A stretch of 63,625 nt of DNA, the filler included, from Rhabdomonas costata (lineage: Eukaryota), in assembly GCA_019059605.1 (NCBI GenBank). It is 35 parts of 35 records of this genome, joined end to end, with 100 filler letters (N's around TTAATTAATTAA, not from the genome) between each part and the next. Parts side by side here need not be neighbours in the genome. Positions count along the whole stretch, not along the records: positions 9,116 to 10,837 come from JAHMHO010010071.1; positions 10,938 to 12,660 come from JAHMHO010010072.1; positions 12,761 to 14,467 come from JAHMHO010010073.1; positions 14,568 to 16,292 come from JAHMHO010010074.1; positions 16,393 to 18,112 come from JAHMHO010010075.1; positions 18,213 to 19,933 come from JAHMHO010010076.1; positions 20,034 to 21,755 come from JAHMHO010010077.1; positions 21,856 to 23,576 come from JAHMHO010010078.1; 27 more parts are not named here. The stretch is one strand, 5' to 3'. The position numbers and the translations under genes are program-made. Within the stretch, counting starts at the first letter, position 1. Each line of letters opens with the position of its first letter. Positions 9,656-24,020 of this stretch are shown here, one piece after another. The notes under the pieces were generated by a model, which worked only from the letters and a program-made list of their open reading frames with translations, did no database searches and was not told the DNA's origin.

Positions 9656-11938
9656 GTGAGTGAAGCTTGGCCTGCGTGTAAGGTTGCATGCTGTTCTGCG
9701 TAAATGTGTGTGTCCCGGAGATGAGATGATTTCCAAGCTTTTTTGTTGCGGAGGGACTCTGTTAGGCGTTGTCTTCCACTTGTCCTTCCCTCCCATCTTT
9801 CGATGTTGGTTGGGGGTTCTTTATGTGTTGCGTGAGGCTCAAATGTACAATGTTCCCCACCCTCTTCCACTGACTTTTAAGCAAAGGCGCTGTTTGGAAA
9901 TCGGAGCCGGAGCACCGCCCGATTCCGTCAGCACCCTTGTTTTTGTTATACTGTCTCCTGTGAACATGGAAAACATCTTTCCTCTTTCCTCTGTCGACCT
10001 TTTCTCTGTGGAGTGCGTTCCGTTCTGTTTTTGCTGTCCCTTTTACTTCGCTTGTTGTTTTTTGTTTGCGGCCGACAACGTGCTCAAGAATACCACTGGG
10101 TTTACGTTTGATACAAAAAGAAAGCCCAATCCTTGTACTTGTTGCATCGTCTGTTCTGATTAACTGTCGTGAGTGTGCCCCTTCTCCGCTGGCTTGTCCC
10201 CCAGAGAGCCGTTATATGACTTTCATCTTTGATTGCTCTGAAACAGCAACAACTCCTGAAAAAGAATGTATGTATCGCTGATCGTCGCAACGCTTTACAT
10301 GGTGGTGAGCCCCAAAGCTCGGGATGCGCAGGATGGTTTCGTGATTGCAAGTCAGGTACTCGCCAGGAATGGTTAAATTCTTTTCACGCGTTGTTTGCAA
10401 CCTCAACCAAGGAGCACTAGTGATCTGTTGAAGGGGATGATGCGCTGAGATTTTCGTCATGAAAAGTGCTTTTTGAATTTCTGGCTTTGCGAAACTTGCG
10501 AAATTTTCAGGAAAAATATTGATTCTCCTGAGATAGGGCAATGCAAGTAGGGCCAATGAAATTCTGCACATCTGCTTACCGTCCAAATCAGCAAGCGTAC
10601 TCTCCAAGACACTGGTCCCTGGTATTGTGACGATTGGAAGAGACGGTCAAATCGGGGCTGCTTTCACTTCCGTCAGAAAAATTCATGTTGAGCCCCATTT
10701 CATTGGTTTCTTTTTACGGTGGAGGTGCTCGGTTTTGCTCATCTTTTTTTCCTCGTGGCAGGCCTTGTTATTCTTTGATCCCTACAGCTGTGACCCCTAT
10801 CGCCTCAATGGTGTCGCTTCCCCCGCCTCCGCCGACANNNNNNNNNNNNNNNNNNNNNNNNNNNNNNNNNNNNNNNNNNNNTTAATTAATTAANNNNNNN
10901 NNNNNNNNNNNNNNNNNNNNNNNNNNNNNNNNNNNNNGGTGTTTTTGCTGTTGTGCCTGGTGCACAGTGCAATAGTTGTTGCCTTTCTTTTTCTGGATTC
11001 CCCGGCCCACTCGGATTGATTAACATCGAGCTGCCAATGTTAACCGCGGAGAACTAACCTGCCCATTCATCATCACATGGTAACAGTTGCCACATATTCT
11101 ATTTCAGGCGCGAATGCCGTTTTGGGATTTACACTGATCGCCGCCTCGGAAGCAGTAGCCACCTCGACAGCCCGTCGCGGCACAGCCGTTCCAGCCCTCT
11201 CTCTGAGCCTCTTCCCTTGCCCCGCCCGTGGAGGGGCCGTGACCCCAGCCCCGACATTAGGTGGGCTCCCCTTTTGCCCTGTTGCCAGCTGCCTTTTGTG
11301 CTCTGACTCAGAGCTTCGGTTTAGGAGTTCCGTTGCGCTCTGGATGATTGTGGAGTGTTTGAAGTGAAAGACGTGTGGCAGGTATATCGTTTGTCACCCG
11401 CCCTTTCCAGCATGCAGCATGGATTCGAGCATCGTCGCACAGGTTACGTTATAGCCTCTGTGGGGGCTAAGATATGACAGTTGTGTTGGGGGGGCTCACT
11501 TCCACGTACGACAGGCATGCCGATGATTTTTATTATGAGGGGGCGATTACGAAGTTTGACGGCAGGTGGTGTTTACTCCTGCAGGGGAATCGCAGTCCCA
11601 TTTGTGCTCTTTGTGAGATTTTATTTTGGATGGAGTTTGTAATGGTCGTTTTGAAGCGAAAAGCTTTTTGCTTGCCTTCGTTTTTCCATTCTCCAAACGC
11701 GGGGGTCCACCCGCTGTTATCTGACTCCTGCTCGAGCGACACTCTCACTAAATATCAGGATAACCCATTCTCTTTGTCATATTTGCAATCGTGCCCCCTT
11801 CCACTTGAAAAAAACATGCTGAAAAGAGCTTCTCCTGGCTGTTGTGGTGTTCCCTATACGTATCTTGGACACAGAAACAAAATGAATGTATGTACAAACA
11901 AACAAATGACGCAGTGTTCTCTCGGGTCTGAGCTTCAG

Positions 11939-12197
11939 CCCCAGTGAGCTGGGCTCCTTGGCCAGCCACATGCTCGTGGAGGGCCGCGGTGACCTATCCC
12001 CCAGGGAGTCCACTCCCCAGCTGCAGACCCCCCCGCTGACCGGGTCGCCTCTGCTGGACGACCCTCCGTCGCTGTACCTGCAGAGAAGGGTGTACGAAGA
12101 TATGTATGTGGACGAGGAGGAGGAGGAAGGGGGCTCCAGTGAGGTCGATGGGAATGAGGCTGGCCCGTCGTCTCACCTTTGGCATGACGACGAGTGA
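11939..12197 (+). CDS. Terminal exon with an acidic low-complexity tail, unknown protein
   Basis: cttcag acceptor, PSELGSLASHMLVEGRGDLSPRESTPQL...DEEEEEGGSSEVDGNEAGPSSHLWHDDE*. A possible upstream exon near 11515-11575 reads HADDFYYEGAITKFDG. Confidence 0.55.
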
Positions 12198-15100
12198 GAG
12201 GTGGGAACAAGGTGGTGATGTCTCTCTGGGCATTGCCCAGGCACAAAGTACCTGCATGCCGATATGTAAAAGTTATGAATCCTACCAGGGTTGGGTTTTG
12301 TTCGGAAGTCTGCTGGAAGCTTCCTGAAATCCCCGCAAGATTTACATACAAGCGGTGTGCCATTTGAACCCGTGTGTAAAATGGTTTAGGCGGTCTGCGC
12401 ACCTTAGACCTCCGAAAAAAGGTTGCACAAAGCTGGAGAGCAAAGTAAGCGGCAGGTGACGGACAGGAAAAGGGGCTCTGCACTAAGTTATTGTTGGACG
12501 TTGGACGGCTTCCGGAGAAAAGGCCCGCCTTGTGTGCCCAGTATGTTCGCCTAAGAAGTGGCAAGGCTTCCACGACGGAAACGTGGGGCGGGGGAAGCAA
12601 AGGACGTGTGCATGTGTGCATCATACCGTATTAGCATGTGCATGCATCAACACACACACCNNNNNNNNNNNNNNNNNNNNNNNNNNNNNNNNNNNNNNNN
12701 NNNNTTAATTAATTAANNNNNNNNNNNNNNNNNNNNNNNNNNNNNNNNNNNNNNNNNNNNTTTGTTTGGGGTTGTCGATGGGGGAGGTAATGCTTTGAGC
12801 TCGGTTCAAATTGCTCTGTGCAAAACAAGAATCTTCCATCTGTAAGCTCTGTTACAAAGCCATATGCCGTCCACTTTTTGATCAACATCTTTGCCTGTTT
12901 GTTGACTCTTTGCCTGCCTTTGCGTGTCTGTGGAACGTTATTGAGGGTTTCTTGGCTTTGCGCTCACCCCATATGCTCACTTTGATCGCAGACGACAGTG
13001 CGGCGTTCTTTCTCTTCTGTTTGAAGGTATGATTGGGCATTAGGTAGTTTCTTGTGTTACGCCTCTTGATCTCTAGCTCCATCGCTCTCTGTTCCCACAG
13101 CAAAGAATACTTACGCTCTTGTTTACCGTTGATAACTTCTTCGTTTTTCTAAGCACCCCGACTTTGCTGGTGTACTGCGGAAGGACGATGATGGGCAGTG
13201 ACGCCAATTATTTTTTTGCCACTACCAGTTCGTTCCTGTATTTTACTTGGCAGGATACATCTTTTGAACTGCGAAACAACATGGCCACATTTTTGCCTGC
13301 AACTTCATATCGATGGAGCTGATTTCCAAAAAAGCTCATTGTCTTTCAATCTGCCTCCTAAAGTTATTCTATTTTATCTTGTTCCGGTCTTAATTCAGTC
13401 AGTTATTGGTCGCGCTTTCAGACACGCGCTTTTTTGCTTCATTTTTGATTCCAATACCAAATTACATGTTCGCGGTGAGCTGCCATTCGCTCGCCATACA
13501 CTAATAATGGGACGCCAGCGAAGGAATGAGATGCCAAAGATGGCTACGGTTTTCAAGGGTCCTACTGTCAAGATCAAGGTTCTGCGCAGCATTCCGCTGA
13601 AGGCAGCCTCAGCAGCCCCCGCACGGTCCGACCCACAAGAAACATTGAAGATCATGGCAGCGACGGCTGGTGACCACGCTGGTGTGGCTTTATCTGTGCT
13701 CTCGCTGACTCTATGTTGACGTGTATGACCCTTCATTGTTTCATTCATTGGGGCCGCTGCATTGTGCTTGGGGAAACAAACCAAGGAGCACTGTGTGGAG
13801 TTTTAAATGGATGAGAAGCAGTGTCTGGTGACCTCGCATCCAGAACGCAATCACAGGACAGCGTTAAAGGGGTTTCGAATATGCCACCCGCCAACAATCG
13901 CAACGCTTGCCGACCACTTTCGGCCCAATTGCATTGCATCCATTTACGCATCGATGCCTCGACCCCCAGCGCCGGGATGCAGGCTCGGGTCCAGGGCTTC
14001 TGACGTGGAGAATGAAACGGCGGCTGGGAAGAACCCCATGGAGAAGAGAAAGAACAAAGACCCGCAGCCCCAGGCGGCGAGCCACGAGTCGAAGAATTCT
14101 TAGTTGGTAAGCGTGACCAAACGGAAACCGGAAACCATTCAAAACACCTTACCGGACCACACCGGACTTTGCCATGCTCAACAGTGTCTCCCGCCCCCAC
14201 ATCTTGCGAAGCGTACGCAAGTAGTTCAAAATCCGTGGTTCAGGGGTTTTTTAATTTGAAAGATAAAGGGCATACCACCTTACAGATGTACCATTGGGTT
14301 CAGACATGCGGAGCGTGCAATCCTAACACGTAATGGCCACCAAACCCCCGCTACCGCAACTGTTTTTATGGATGGTCAATGATAACGTTCAGTCCCCTGT
14401 TTTTTTTGTTCCATGTCATGGTGTGGAACAAAAAAAACAGGGGACTGAACGTTATCATTGACCAACCNNNNNNNNNNNNNNNNNNNNNNNNNNNNNNNNN
14501 NNNNNNNNNNNTTAATTAATTAANNNNNNNNNNNNNNNNNNNNNNNNNNNNNNNNNNNNNNNNNNNNGGGTGTTGGTCACATGATTGGCGTAGTTGGGGT
14601 GAGAAGAATCCCTCACTGACTGTTTTTCATTAGGTGGGCTGTTTCGATTTTTGCTTGGCTTGAGGGTTTGGCGGACGAGGGTGACAGCCTCAGATGAGGC
14701 CAGCGCCGCGGAGCCGTAGCAATCGACTGAGTGACGATTTTACTGTCATGTTCCGTATTGTAATCTGTTCCCTTTGCTTTCCCTTTGTCTCTCTCACTCA
14801 GAGAAATGTGCCTCTCACGTCCCTTCGCAAGGCCACCAAAACGGCGACTCACCGTGTGGCACTCTGTTGGGCTGTGCCGACAGGAGGTGTTCGTGGATGT
14901 CCAGAATTGGTCTTGGAAATTGTTGCACCCTCTGCAAATTGCCCCCCCCCCGTCCCATACGACAATATTAATCATTCTCCATGCCATCGCCTTCCGGGCT
15001 CTGCAGAATGTTCCTTTTTGGTTTTCACTCTGAAGCAAAGCACGGGGGGCGTGGGGAGGAGTCCCGAGGTCGTCGTGTCCGTTGGTAAGCCGAACCTTTC

Positions 15101-17401
15101 TCCGAACCACCTCCATGCCCCACCCCCCTCTCCCATTAATTTGCGTCAAGCACAGCGCGTTGATGCCAGAAACATCCTTCCCACTTTCTTTTTCGAAAGC
15201 TCTGCCCAGTTCACTTATGTTTTAGTCTGCTCTTACACACTGCGACAATAACTCCTCTTTGCTGTTGGCGCACCCGCAGGCCTTAGCCCCTCTGCCCTTT
15301 CCATGCGCTGTGGCCCACGGGCCCAATCGGTGCTCTGGCTGTCCAGTGTGGGGCAGCCGCCACGGCAGACCTGAGGAGTTGCCCTGGCGCTACGCTGTCC
15401 CAATAGCGTCTGGTGTGTGTTTGCCCAACATCGCGGCCGCCGCCGCCACCAGTCCTTTCACCCGATCGTCTTTTGTGTTATTCCTTATGGAATTTCCCTG
15501 CCACCAAAGTTTAGATTGTCGTCAAGTTCACTATCCTTCTCCTCCACTCCACCGATTGCAATGCAATTCTTTTTGTTCTTTGGACAGTCGTAAACGATGT
15601 CTTTAAAGACTATCACGAACTAGTTTTGCAATGGTCATCATTGAGTTCATAAGAACGATCATCAATAAATTGATACTGGCGATATACTTCGTGAAGGGTC
15701 ATTTCGATCCTGATGGTTGAGGTTGGTTGGGTTGGTGTTCGTGTTAGAGAATGCGTGAAAAGGGGCTGCACCCCACACAATGAGCTCCCCCTCACGGTGT
15801 CCTCTGCCTTGAGCATTCCCCACTTTCACCCCTATTTCGGTAGCTTTGAGCAGTGGTGCTGCGCTCTCGCTGCTCATTCATATTATTTGCTAACCTTTCC
15901 TACAGGCTGGGCAGCGAACACTTGGGTGAGTCTCGAATCGTGCTGCCCACTCCATCGTTTACGATATATTTCAGTCTAATTCCGTCTTAACGTAGTAGTA
16001 ACCGTAAAATAGCTCTGAAGTATTGGACACCAGCGGCAGCGCGAAATCCCAACGCACTGCTGAGTTTGCTTGTATGAACCGCTGTGTGCTCCAATGGTCC
16101 ACACTTTGTCATCACAATATGCTTACTCCATCTTATTCCATTTACCATTTACCTTCTTCATCTTCTGGCGGGTTGTGTTTTCCGTCACTCACCTTACCAG
16201 AAAAACTGCAATCGCGAAGCACCTGGAAACCCAAATTGGATCGCCCCGAAACTGTTTAGCTCCTTTTCCTCGGCATCCCACCCACCCGCCAGNNNNNNNN
16301 NNNNNNNNNNNNNNNNNNNNNNNNNNNNNNNNNNNNTTAATTAATTAANNNNNNNNNNNNNNNNNNNNNNNNNNNNNNNNNNNNNNNNNNNNTAATACTT
16401 CTCTGAGTGGTGATGATAATTCCTCCTGAGTGGTGATTACTACTACTATGTATTACTATTACTATGTTTGATTCCAGTAGTATCCTGAATGGTGTTTCTG
16501 AGTACGGGCGGAGGATGGTGTCTAATACAAGCGGGTGTGGGAAAGTTCAGGTGTCCTCGGGATTTAATCATTTTGATGACGCCGTCCGCGCCGCATCCAA
16601 AAGGGGGTGCAATCGTCCACCCTCTCTCTTCCATCCCACAATACAGTCGTACATAGCCAATATGCTCAATGGGCATCCCGACCATCTGCTTCACCCGGTG
16701 CTTCCCCTATTACCCTCTTGATGATCGATTGCACGCCTGCACTGCAAATACGCTGAGAACGATGTTAGGTCGCCTGTTAAATGCTGTTGGTTGGTGAGCA
16801 CGATCCAAGGTTGGGTAGCGATAGTGGGGTCATCAAGCAAGCAGAACCCCAGCTTCACCAGCTTCACACAACACACGATAACGCACGAAAGCGCTTTTCC
16901 GTTGTGATCACGTGGTCAGACTTTTGGACCACCACTCCACCCCGTTCAGCACATTTTAATTTCTTTGAGCACCGCAAAACTTACTCAAGAACAGTCAGGC
17001 CAGGCCCAAACCCTACATCACTTACCTCCCGCTCACCTCACATGCACAAGCAAACGTACCCCAACCTCATCCCCACCCGGCTCAAGCCCCAGCGAAAATC
17101 GAAACAGCTGATGTGACACAACGAAAGCCAATCCCCAAACCCGCAAATACCAATGCCCGAGTGCATTTTACCTGTTCCTTTTAAAGTGCCTGAACGGAAG
17201 CCAAAGAGAAATTGATAACTTTGTTTGTTTGTTCTCGGGTCCGTCTGAATGCATGTCCGTCAATAAAAACTGCTTCAGCGCTTCACCAGCTTTCCACTAG
17301 GTCGGCCGAGAAAAACAGTGCTCAAAATCCAGTGATGTGAATACTTTCAGGGGGAGTGCACTCGTTCCATAATTCCACAATCACGCCATTCTCATGCACA
17401 C

Positions 17402-17527
17402 CCTCCTGGAAGGAGGCCGAAAGGACGCTGAGGAAGCTGCAGATCTGCTTGAGCTCCAGCACGGGCACGTCCGCGATGCGGGGGCATGAGCTGGCCTCAT
17501 CAAAGCGTACGGAGCCCAAAGGGAAGT
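17402..17527 (-). CDS. Isolated exon, unknown protein
   Basis: ctctccacag acceptor, DFPLGSVRFDEASSCPRIADVPVLELKQICSFLSVLSASFQE, donor gtgtgc, high GC3. Confidence 0.55.
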
Positions 17528-20500
17528 CTGTGGAGAGCACAGGAGGAAGATTTCCCGCAAAGAAAGGAGGAGGGAGTGTAGCGGTCCAGGTCGGCGCGCC
17601 CGCTCCCTTCGGAAGAGACCCAAACCACCTGGCGCCCCACGTCCACTCACTCTGCATCCCAACCATACTGCAAAAAATGGTTCTAGACACTAAAAGTTCC
17701 GGTAAGCGACTGAAGCCGCAATTTGTATCAGCTTCGTGGGAGGAACACATAGGACCGTAATTTTGGGGAACCCTCGCACTCTCTCCTGCTTCCTCCTCAC
17801 ATCAGCAATGCAAACCAGGTTGGTGGCCAAGCCATGTTGGTGGTGGAGACGGGGAGGGGGCGGAGCATTTATCAGAACAATGGGAACCGTGGCTAGAGTA
17901 TCCCACGAATCTTTACGAATCGACAAAACTCGAAGAAAAGAACTCGAAAAAAGCCGGTCAATGTCGGGCCCAAATAAGTGCATGGGCCCTGTGGGACACA
18001 CTGCAATCAAAGTGTCCAATCCAATTGACATCGACATTGAACATAAGGGGATACGGGGTTACAATATTGAAAATATTGAAAAATGCCCTGCAATGGGCAG
18101 AGCAGACAAACCNNNNNNNNNNNNNNNNNNNNNNNNNNNNNNNNNNNNNNNNNNNNTTAATTAATTAANNNNNNNNNNNNNNNNNNNNNNNNNNNNNNNN
18201 NNNNNNNNNNNNTCACAGCTGAAGCGTGTGTGTGAAGTGTCATATTTTTCTTTTGCATCTGTCTCCGGTGTTATCAACTCGCGGGTTTCATTGGTGTCAT
18301 CACAACCTTTGAGGGTTCCATTCCTATTTCTGGGCCTCTTTCGTTGGCATTGTGTATTTTACGGTGCGTTTTCTCGCACTGTGACCCACAAGAACTATCT
18401 CCTCAGCACTAACAGAACCTCACAGGTCTTTTCCTGTAGTTCAGCAAAACCAGTGGGCCTCAACTTGTCCTTCCCAGATCTTCCCAGATCCCCAGAATGA
18501 TGGTTTGCCACCCGAAGGGGAAAAACCGTCCGAAACCGTTGCGCAGTTGTTCTCCCAGATTAGCACTAAAATGGAGGAGGGGCTGTAGTATGTGATTGGC
18601 AGCTCTGTCAGCTACTTCAGCTGCATGACGTTGTCGTGGTGGGGAAGGCCACTCGCATGACGTCGCACGCAATGAATGCCCTTGATTCCGATTTTTGTGC
18701 TGTATCCTAAGAGAATCTGAGCCTGAGGAAAACTCGAGACAATGGTATCAACTGACTAGACTTTATGCACGAGAGTTAGATCGAGGAGAATACCGCTACG
18801 AACCCCCACACACTGTCCCATAACGCGCCACTGATCTTCTGTATGGCGGCCGGTTGTTTGGTGAAGGCAACGGCGCGGCTGACTTTGGTGCGAAATTGCT
18901 TTTTCCGGTTTGCGGACGGTGAGAGGTTCATGTCCATTCATTCGTTTTTTCTAAGCATTATGCGCTGGTGGGTAACGTTGGCTACTGTCCGGATGATCGT
19001 CGGCACTGTTGAATTGAGAGAAGCCCCCGGGGGGACGAATATGGCCAGGGCTAAATCTTCCGTTTCTCGTCGGATTGGCGCCAACGTACGCGCGCAACTC
19101 CTGTTGCTCTGCAGGATTCACCCGAACCCCGCTCCGGCGCTACTGCGTGGCACTTTCTCTGTGCCTCTCCGATTGCCTTTCTGAAAGCTTGCTCCGGGCT
19201 GCTCTGCTTGCGCTGCTGCGACGCACCCGCTGCCTGTGATACCGGCGTCTCCATCTGCATCTTTGCAAGGTGTGTGGTGGGTAAGCGACGCGCAGCGGAG
19301 CATTGTCTGTGTGTGTGCTACTCTCGACGATCCACCCACCAGATGCTCCTCTGAGAACCATAAATCATAAACCAATACCATGGACATTGCCTTTCCTCGG
19401 GCTTTCAAATCGGCCTTGACCTGCGGACGATGGTTTAAGGCCTAACGGCATATCTGAAGCACAGGGCATCATCACTGCCAAAGTTTCTTGCCCCTTCGTT
19501 TTCTAATGCAGAGTTATAATTTGTTGGCCAACTATTCTTTGACCAGCGATTGGAAGCCGATTTCAGTAAGACTGCCTAGAATTGGAATTGGCTCAGCATC
19601 AACAGCCACGCAGAAGCTCCGAGCTGGTTTCTGATCTGTTGTCGAGGCTGTTAGTGTGTACGCACGTTGAAGTGGGTGTGGATGACCTGAATCTGGTGCC
19701 CCATCAATCCCAATTTACTATAATAAAGTCCAATCTCTGCACACTGATCCTTTCCATTTAATTGCAGCGTCATATATATTAAAATACATTGATTTTCTTT
19801 CCTCAGGCCGCCCTCCTTCTTTTTAATTTAGTTCTTTCCTCCTTGCGCTTGCCGCATCTTAATCCCTACCGATACCCCTTGTTGGCGATATTATTTTCGA
19901 CACCATCTGACCAACTTTCTTCCCAACCCACACNNNNNNNNNNNNNNNNNNNNNNNNNNNNNNNNNNNNNNNNNNNNTTAATTAATTAANNNNNNNNNNN
20001 NNNNNNNNNNNNNNNNNNNNNNNNNNNNNNNNNGGGGTTGGTGTCAGTGTGTCTTCCTTCTTGCTCTCTTGGTGTGTCGGTGTGTGGCTTTTGTACGCAG
20101 TGCTTGTGGTGGCTGGTATTCGTGGTTTGTGTGTCGGATTTGGAGGTTGTGCTTGGCCTTGTTGTTTTTGATGTGGGTGGGTGCTTGGGTTCCTTTTCTG
20201 TCTCTGCTTCTGTGTATCTTATTGGCTCTGTGTCTACGCATTCTGTGTATCCTGAGTTCTGCGCTTCAGTTACACGATGCCTTCCATTGTATTCCTTCTG
20301 TTGATGTCATTGTGCGTATTCCTGTAATTTACGTGACTCCTTCCTCTTACGCATCGATAGAAGTGGAATTTCCGATACTGATTCCAGAGGGATGGGTGAC
20401 GTAGCATTATGGGGTGTCAAGAGGAGTGTCAGAGGGCGTAACGGATGGTCCAGGAGTTACAGAGGTAAGATGCTGACATTGATGCCAACTTTGATGTCGA

Positions 20501-23089
20501 TGCCTTTAACTGTAACGAAGATGTCTACCGCTATGCTGATGTTAGTGAGTTGGGAAGTGGGGAAAAGGGATGCATGTTCCTACCAGGTATGTCTAAGCAT
20601 CATCACCTCTATCTGCGATTCCCTTCATTTCTCTACTACGCATGGTGCCTGCTACGCAGAACCATGCTCCGTGCATAAAAACTGTTGGATGTTAGAGTGG
20701 AAGGGCCCCGCAGTTTGAGTTCTGCTATTCAGTCGTCAAAGCTGGGCATTTTATCGCTTAGGTCGTCGCTCACTCCGGTCGTTCCCCCTAAATGTTTGGA
20801 TCACTTGCTCCACGTCGTATACCATAACCGCCCGCCCCTCTTAGAAGCTTTCTCTCCTAGCTTCGTGTCTTCCCTGCCTTCCTTTGGCATTTGTGGCCCT
20901 TCGTGGCGAAGGGCCTCATAGCCGATCCCCGATGTACAAATGAACCATGCCCGTTTAGAAGCGAGACAAGAGTCGAGACAAAGGAGGATGTGTCCTTGCG
21001 AATGCCTTGGTTCCGGGGCCCCGCCTATCAGGTCGGTGGGCATAAAAAGCCTCCTTGCTTTTTTTGGCGGCCTTTTCCACCAAAGATTCTTCCAATGCCC
21101 TCCACAACCACTTTCGGCAGCATTCAAGAAGGGCCCAATGCATTAATTTCTTGCGGGTACCGCCCGCGAGTACCTTTCGTCCAAAGGCAATTACCAATTA
21201 TTGGGGACCCAGTGTTTTTGTCGAGCAGGACGGATGGAATGTTCGTATTTGGTTTTTTGACATGCGTTACAACAGCGCCGGGGGCACAGAGTCAGAAATC
21301 GGTATAAAAAACGGAACGGTCGCCGGGCACAGAGGTACCCAGACCACAAATGTTTTACAAAGGACAAGTAGATGAGCGAGCGAGAGCGAGGGAGAGGAAG
21401 CAGAGGAAAACGGCAAGAAGCAAAAGAAAAGAACTGAAAAGAGAGGTTGCAAAGAACCTCCGTAAAAAGTCATAGTACGACCGTAAGGCCTGGAACCCGG
21501 CGGCCACTAAACTGGGCATTTTCGCTAGAGAACAGTGGAATCGTTGAGAATTTGGGAAACCCAATCCAATCCAGACGACTCCAAGGTCACACCCCCCAAG
21601 TGGCCTGCCTGGTTCCTCTGCCACCCAAGCAAGGAATTTGCAAGGAAGAACAAGGCTTCGGGACTACTGAACCGATCCGCCATTGTGACAAAATAGATTT
21701 GGCGAACAGCCTACAAACGTGCCCCTGGCGGCAAAGTACTACGCACCCAAAACCCNNNNNNNNNNNNNNNNNNNNNNNNNNNNNNNNNNNNNNNNNNNNT
21801 TAATTAATTAANNNNNNNNNNNNNNNNNNNNNNNNNNNNNNNNNNNNNNNNNNNNGTGTTGGGTGTGGTTGGTGTGTGTTTGCTTCACTACCCTCCCCCT
21901 CCCCCCATCGATGCAAAAAGTGCGTACTTGTTGGTGATGTCCCATGTTTTTGTGCATTGCTGTGACTTGTAAGATGTTGCCGCTTTGCTGGGAAGCTGAA
22001 GAAAAGACAGGGACCTTGGGCTTCTCTCTTTTCGGCTTTGCATTGTAAGAAGGGTAATATCTGGTTTCCGCCTGGCGCTCACTCAAATAAAGGTCTGTTT
22101 TCTATCTGTTCTATGCGGGTAAGGTCTTCCGTTTTTTTCCCACTGATTTCTTCGATGGGCGCAAGGATGGTTTCCCAAATGAAGGGGGTGTGTTTTTCCA
22201 GAGCAAAGCTCTTGATTCACTGATCGAGGCTTCGTTGCCCGCTTACATCCAGGGCCATTGCACTTCACCTCATTCAACTCGTGCAGGGAGACTGATTCAT
22301 AGTTTATGGCCTCTAAGTCTTCGGGAAGGGCTTTGCAGTGATACCTTGCCAGCGCCGTGAGAGCCGTGCCAGATAGGGCGACTTTGGATACGCCTCCTTG
22401 ATGTAGGGCCTATGTAGTCAGATGGCTTGTGACGTAGCTTTTCGGGCACTAGCGGAGGCCATTATTCAGTAGTAAACTACATTGAGACGTTGGGAGGAAC
22501 CTTTTTCTCAAGGGTTCACCAAGCGCTCCAGTCGACAAGTGCGCCGTTCTCAGCTTTGTGTTTCAAGTCACCCCCGGGAAGTCATTATCAATGCGTCCAT
22601 ATTGATCAGTGAGGGGCATCGGTTTGGTGGGAACTCATCCCCCCCCCCGTGACTGGGTTTCACGAAGTTATGGCCACCTACCCCCAAAAAAATTTTGGCG
22701 AATTTTTTATGCATTTTCAGGAAGTTTCGAATTCTTTAAACCCCAAAGAATTTAAATTCACAAAGTTTAGGAACCATTTAGGACAGTCAATGCGAAGTTG
22801 TGGGGATCCCTGATGGATGCCTTCATGGATATGGATGAATGGAAGCAAGGGGACCAACAGCGACCACAGGGCACCTGTTCAGTCGTTCCCCCTTCCCTGT
22901 TCTAAGGCTGTGTGCCTTTCTTTTACGTTTTCTTCCTTTTTAAACAGAATTTAAATTCTACATTCTATTTGACCGGCCTCTCCCAAGTTTCCCAGCGGAG
23001 ACATACCCAGCAACGTGTCCGCGGCTTGCAGCCCATAAACCATGCCAATGTTCCCTCTACCAACGGAGCGATGCCCAACCACTGCACAC

Positions 23090-23337
23090 CTCCTTCGCCT
23101 TGTTGCGGTCCGGGTGCCACTTCATTGCCAGCTTGTGGTAGGCCTTCTTGATCTCCTCTGTGCTAGCTTCTGACGACACCCCAAGCACGGAGTACCATGT
23201 CGTGCCATCCCCGGGGCCAAGCCCACCAGGGCCACTGTACTGCCGCCGGGGAACCGCACCCGTCCTTCTTCCTTTTCGGGCGCCGGCTTGAACTCGGAGA
23301 TCGTCGGGTTGAGAGAAAGGTGTGGTGGCCTGAAGGT
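23090..23337 (-). CDS. DnaJ (Hsp40) J-domain protein exon
   Basis: Frame absent from the ORF track: ...[41 protein letters not shown], with the HPD motif; donor gtgtgc at 23089. Confidence 0.93.
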
Positions 23338-24020
23338 CTGAAGGAACCCAAATTCGGTGTTAAAAAAGATTCTCGTTACAAGTCCCCGCCTCGGAAGCAT
23401 AATCGCGCTTTCGATTTTCTGAGCCAAACTCTTTGCCGATCCTTTCTTCCACTTTTACCCTCTCGATCGAAAACGGGGCATCCAAACCCCTCGAGTCGAA
23501 AGCCGTCTGGCTGCTAGGGTTTCTCTATCTTTTCCCGCGGATCGGCTACCGCAGAAAAGATAGAGAAACCCAACCCNNNNNNNNNNNNNNNNNNNNNNNN
23601 NNNNNNNNNNNNNNNNNNNNTTAATTAATTAANNNNNNNNNNNNNNNNNNNNNNNNNNNNNNNNNNNNNNNNNNNNGTTTGTTTGTCCCCCCTTTTCTTT
23701 TTCCGGGTCCAGCAGCCGCACCGCGCGAGCAAACCTGCGAAAAAAAAAGGGGGGACGTTCAAAGGCATACGCTGTTCCCTCGTAGCGAGGGAAGACCGGT
23801 ATCCACAAGAGCGCAATAGTGGTGTGCATAACTCAGGCAATACAGCGGTATTCCAGCATGAGGGCCAATCAGGAAAAAGGTACACGTGCAAACCTTAATC
23901 GTTACTTAATGGATAATGGTTGGGACCGAGTCTGCACCAGGAAGTTGCGGCGCAGTGTAAACCAGCCACTAAGTTTCCCGACAAGCGGGGCAGCAAGAGA
24001 GTGTAGCGAGGCGTTCACAC

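Noticed and set aside
16393-16420. Resemblance of acttctctgagtg to the euglenid spliced-leader exon
   Set aside because: The match is short, the following T-rich exon end and GT donor are absent, and the word recurs locally (ctgagtggtgat twice).
20801-21127. YEALRHEG...GGRLW as a tyrosine recombinase HxLRxG..GRW motif
   Set aside because: Spacing and catalytic residues do not fit well; too weak without a profile search.
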